The notes beneath the pieces are model-generated. The model saw nothing but the letters and a program-made list of their open reading frames with translations. It had not been told where the DNA came from and made no database searches. From an uncultured delta proteobacterium (GTDB lineage: Bacteria; Desulfobacterota; Binatia; UBA9968), in assembly GCA_963840855.1 (NCBI GenBank), contig CAWJBB010000036.1, positions 1 through 44,374 on the forward strand: a stretch of 44,374 nt of DNA, written 5' to 3'. The first letter of the stretch is position 1. Each line of letters starts with the position of its first letter. Positions 40,989 through 44,374 of this stretch are shown here, piece by piece. The position numbers and the translations under genes are program-made.

Positions 40989-41819
40989 ATGGAGCACCGC
41001 CTTGAGTTTTTTCCGCGCCGGTCCATGTTCTGGCGCGTGAATCGCGAGATGGTATCGCTTCTGGCCGGTGGGCGCGCTTTGCTCATGCAGATTGCGCACC
41101 CCAAGGTCGCCGCCGGCGTTGCCGAGCACAGCCGTTTTAAGGAAGATCCGCTGGGCCGCCTGCATCGGACCATGAACACCATGTGGTCCATCGTATTCGA
41201 CGAGGCCGCCGCTGCCCGGGCTTCCCTGGAACGAGTCAGAAGCGTGCACGGAAAAGTACGAGGAGTCGTGGCGCAAAACGAAGCTTCTTTCACCGGCGCG
41301 CGCTACGACGCTCTAGACCCGGATCTGCTGCTCTGGGTGCATGCCACGCTGATCGATTCCGGCATGGTAGCCTACGATAATTTTGTTGCGCCCCTTTCGC
41401 CGGTAGAAGCGTCTCGATATTACGAAGAAAGCAAAATACTCGCGCGGTTATTTGATATCCCTGAAGGACTCGTACCCGCTTCGCTCGCCGACTTCCAAGC
41501 GTACATGAAAGCTATGCTCGCGGGGAATCAAATCGCCGTCGGACCCAGCGCGGGAACGCTGGCAAAGGAAATTCTTTATTCCCTCCCCTGGCTCTTGAAG
41601 CCTGCCGGGCCGCTCTTTCGTTTGATAACCGCCGGATTATTGCCGGCGGAACTCAGGAAAGCTTATGGCTTAGGTTGGAACCAACGGCGAGAAAAAACAT
41701 TCAAGCTTTCAACTCTAACGATTCGGACACTGCTGCCTCTTGTTCCGCGGCCGCTCCGCATCGTGCCCCAAGCACGCGCCGCGGAAAAGCGCGCAAACAA
41801 AGATGGAGTTTTGGAATGA
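40989..41819 (+). CDS. Oxygenase MpaB/DUF2236 family protein
   Basis: GGRALLMQIAHPKVAAGVAEHS, RLHRT, YDALDPDLLLWVHATL. Confidence 0.85.
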   Translation: MEHRLEFFPRRSMFWRVNREMVSLLAGGRALLMQIAHPKVAAGVAEHSRFKEDPLGRLHRTMNTMWSIVFDEAAAARASLERVRSVHGKVRGVVAQNEASFTGARYDALDPDLLLWVHATLIDSGMVAYDNFVAPLSPVEASRYYEESKILARLFDIPEGLVPASLADFQAYMKAMLAGNQIAVGPSAGTLAKEILYSLPWLLKPAGPLFRLITAGLLPAELRKAYGLGWNQRREKTFKLSTLTIRTLLPLVPRPLRIVPQARAAEKRANKDGVLE

Positions 41820-41892
41820 CGGAATATTGGAGTGTCGTGATGTCCAAGGCTTCGGGTTGCGCCTATACCCTTAACCAACGTCTGTATTCTTA

Positions 41893-41933
41893 ACGTCTGG
41901 AACGATTTGAACGTTTTGAACGGCTTGAACGGT
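41893..41933. repeat. Degenerate 9-bp tandem repeat (TTGAAC-N3)
   Basis: ctggaacga tttgaacgt tttgaacgg cttgaacgg between convergent genes. Confidence 0.75.
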
Positions 41934-41943
41934 ACCCGGACCG

Positions 41944-42900
41944 TTACGCGGGCAGACCCGTGCCTTCCGGCGCCCCGAGCATGAGATTCAAGTTCTGAAT
42001 CGCCACCCCCGCTGCGCCTTTGCCGAGGTTGTCCAGCCGCGCCATGAGCAGGACATGACCCGACTGGTGCGGTAGGACCCGCAGAGAGATTCGATTGGTT
42101 TCGTTATTCGCCTGCGGATCGAAGGTAAGTTCGTCGGCGTCGCTTGCATCCGTCAGCGGTTCGACTTCGACAAAAGTTTCTCTTTCATAGCGCGCTGCAA
42201 ACGCGTCCCACATCGCTTCTCCTGTGGTTGTCTTCGGTAAAGTCTTCGCCGGGATCATTATCGCCACCCGCATGCCGCAGCGAAAAGGGCCGACGGCAGG
42301 CAAAAATTGCGGTTCTGCGCTAAGCGCGCCGTGGCGCATGATCTCGGGAATATGCTTGTGGACTTTGTTGATGCTGTAGGGCGCTTCGTGGGCGAGCTTG
42401 AGCAATCCGCGTTTAGGATTCTCCCAGCGCTCGATCAGCGAACGGCCACCGCCCGAGTAGCCGGAAAGCGCGTGGATCGATAACGCTGAATCGGCAGGTA
42501 GGAGCCCGGCATCGACGAGCGGGCGAACGAGCAAAACTACGGCGGACGCATAGCAACCCGGATTTGCCACGCGCGGCGCTGTCGCGATCCGTTCCCGCTG
42601 GCCCGAAACCAGTTCCGGCAAACCGTAAACCCAGCCTTCACTCACGCGGTGCGCGGTGCTGGCATCGAGAATACGCACCGGCGAGTCGGCGAGCCATGCC
42701 GCCGCGTCCTTCGCTGCGTCGTCGGGTAAGCAGAGAAGCACAATGGTGGCGTCACGCAAAGCCTGCTTGCGCGCGTCAGCGTCTTTGCGCAACTCCTCGG
42801 GGAGAGTGATTACCTCTATATCATCCCGCCCCGTGAGCCATTCACGGATGCGCAAGGCCGTCGTTCCCGCCTGGCCGTCTATGTAGATTTTGCGCGGCAT
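41944..42900 (-). CDS. argC: N-acetyl-gamma-glutamyl-phosphate reductase (short type 2 form)
   Basis: IYIDGQAGTT, LCLPD, DASTAHRV, VANPGCY, SGYSGGG, RLDNLGKGAAG. Confidence 0.92.
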   Translation of the reverse strand: MPRKIYIDGQAGTTALRIREWLTGRDDIEVITLPEELRKDADARKQALRDATIVLLCLPDDAAKDAAAWLADSPVRILDASTAHRVSEGWVYGLPELVSGQRERIATAPRVANPGCYASAVVLLVRPLVDAGLLPADSALSIHALSGYSGGGRSLIERWENPKRGLLKLAHEAPYSINKVHKHIPEIMRHGALSAEPQFLPAVGPFRCGMRVAIMIPAKTLPKTTTGEAMWDAFAARYERETFVEVEPLTDASDADELTFDPQANNETNRISLRVLPHQSGHVLLMARLDNLGKGAAGVAIQNLNLMLGAPEGTGLPA

Positions 42901-42925
42901 ATCGGATTTCTTCTTATCTAAGCTT

Positions 42926-43020
42926 GGTTCAACGTTCAAGGTTCAATGTTCAACGTATGCCGGAGTCAAAATTGAACGGCTAAAGTGTTGTTCCTAACTT
43001 TGAACGTTGAACTTTGAACC
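42926..43020. repeat. Inverted 7-bp GTTCAAN/NTTGAAC repeat arrays
   Basis: ggttcaacgttcaaggttcaatgttcaacg ... ctttgaacgttgaactttgaacc. Confidence 0.75.
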
Positions 43021-43031
43021 GGCGTACCCGC

Positions 43032-43577
43032 TTAGATTCCAGGTTCCTTCGGTGGCAGCGGCGGCTTGGCGATATTCTTGGAGATTTCCTCGACATCCCA
43101 AAGTTTCGAGAATTTGAGGGCCCTCGGGCAATGGCTATAAGACTCCTCAACGTCGAGCAACAGACCTTGAAGCACTTCGGCTTTTTCGTCGGGGTCGTGT
43201 ACTTCGAGTTTCACATTCTGGAGTTCAGCACCGTCGATCACTCTGACTCCGCCGTTGACTCGCACCGTCTGGTTGTGGCCTGGTATAAAGAAGACCAAAC
43301 CAACCTTCGGATTGCTTTCGATATTGCCGTAGCCGTGAAACAGTTTGTTTCCCGCGACGTCGGGAATGAAAAGTTGCCTGTCGTTGAGAATCTTCACGAA
43401 CCCAGGCGTGCCGCCCTTCGGCGACGCGTCGCAATTGCCATCGGCGTTGCTCGTCGCCAACACACAAAAGGGCGAGTGCCTGATAAAGTCTTGAATCCAC
43501 GGAGCCATCTGAGGCTTAACTTTACCCGCGGTACGCGGAACAGGATAGCCGAATTTTTCTTGATATTTGTTTTCCAT
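43032..43577 (-). CDS. Pyridoxamine 5'-phosphate oxidase-related FMN-binding protein
   Basis: FIRHSPFCVLAT, DASPKGG.PGFV, PDVAGN, NPKVGLVFFIPG, TVRVNG, HCPRAL. ATG 43577 after GGAG. Confidence 0.85.
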   Translation of the reverse strand: MENKYQEKFGYPVPRTAGKVKPQMAPWIQDFIRHSPFCVLATSNADGNCDASPKGGTPGFVKILNDRQLFIPDVAGNKLFHGYGNIESNPKVGLVFFIPGHNQTVRVNGGVRVIDGAELQNVKLEVHDPDEKAEVLQGLLLDVEESYSHCPRALKFSKLWDVEEISKNIAKPPLPPKEPGI

Positions 43578-43688
43578 TAGCAACTCCGATTGGATGAATA
43601 ACACCCGCGGTCCCCTGCTGCCGTCAAGCCGTAGCATTTCTGGCCAACCCGATTGGCAATTGGGCGGCGAGTGGAAGCAGCAGTTGTG

Positions 43689-43961
43689 TTAGGCATTTTT
43701 TCCCAGCTTTGCAAGTTCCTGGTCAATCTCTGCCTCAATCTCCTCCAATGGAATTCTTTTCGTGCTCGCTGAGCGCTCGTCAAGAAATCGCTGGAATGCC
43801 TGACTTCCCCGCAAAGCTTCTACTTCCCTATCGAAGTCGTCAGCTTCGGCGATACAAAATTCCTTGCCATCTGGTGTCACGAGCAATACCGGCTCTCGGC
43901 GCGCAATCTTAATGACCCCGTCTAAATCCAGTTTTTCTTTCTTCAAGTCGATGGTTTTCAT
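43689..43961 (-). CDS. Putative antitoxin (Phd/YefM-like N-terminus)
   Basis: 90 aa, LDGVIKIARREPVLLVTPDGKEF, acidic C-terminus. AAGGAGG RBS inside the toxin gene, ATGA overlap. Confidence 0.65.
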   Translation of the reverse strand: MKTIDLKKEKLDLDGVIKIARREPVLLVTPDGKEFCIAEADDFDREVEALRGSQAFQRFLDERSASTKRIPLEEIEAEIDQELAKLGKNA

Positions 43962-44251
43962 AGCTGTACCTCCTTGCCCCGGATCAAAAGAACATTGTGC
44001 ACTTTGTGACCGACAGACACAATGCTGACCATCTCGGCCGGTTCATTCACTCCATAAAAGACCCGAAACTTTCCTATCCGCAACTCCCACGACGCTAGTG
44101 GCGTATCCCGTAGAGACTTGGCTTCTTGGTTTCAACCAATGGCTGTTGCGTGAGTTGCTCGCGAATTTCGGACACGATGAGATTCAAAGGCGGTGTAGTA
44201 AGACAGATCAACTTTCGCGTCCTCCGTGACATCGATCCGATAGCTTGCCAT
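43958..44251 (-). CDS. RelE/ParE-family toxin (frameshifted)
   Basis: Joined frames: MASYRIDVTEDAKVDL...IREQLTQQPLVETK..SLRDTPLASWELRIGKFRVFYGV...VSIVSVGHK...EVQL*. Confidence 0.75.
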
Positions 44252-44374
44252 GTAGAAGTTTCTACAGCCGCAAGGAAGAAAAGCAACTAGGAAAGCTTTG
44301 CTTGAATATTGCTAATGTCAGAGTTCACTGGCCCGAGGCCCTGCGGCTTGCCGTCGCCAAGACGCAAAAGGGCG

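Overview
Bacterial chromosomal window of about 44 kb. It is probably from a soil Candidatus Binatia/deltaproteobacterium-like genome; this is inferred from the multiple orphan NitT/TauT-type binding proteins and the dense intergenic REP/MITE repeats. Many single-base indels break otherwise intact genes and look like long-read consensus errors. Contents from left to right: (1) three orphan ABC substrate-binding proteins, a two-domain VOC protein, a flavoprotein and a threonine synthase. (2) A FrnE/DsbA-like gene whose first active-site Cys codon is an in-frame UGA followed by a SECIS-like hairpin; this is a probable selenoprotein that the ORF track truncates. (3) A protocatechuate/beta-ketoadipate operon: pcaD-C-H-G-B plus a CoA-transferase A/B pair. 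(4) An accessory defence island: ORF6N debris, vapBC, and a type III-like restriction-modification locus in res-X-mod order, where X is an ApeA-like HEPN (RxxxxH) protein overlapping res. (5) An MFS gene. (6) A potassium cluster: two tiny peptides plus kdpABC behind a sigma54 promoter with TGCA-N3-TGCA sites, a soluble KdpD-N/Usp sensor, a separate HAMP/PAS kinase, a REC-TPR regulator, an NtrC-type activator instead of KdpE, and a KimA-like transporter. (7) DUF488, MFS, DsbA, MpaB-like, argC, a PNPOx-like gene and a RelE-type toxin-antitoxin pair. No rRNA, tRNA or CRISPR array was recognised. The strongest leads are the R-M-embedded HEPN effector, the Sec-recoded DsbA, the sigma54-wired Kdp circuit and the recurring intergenic repeat families.
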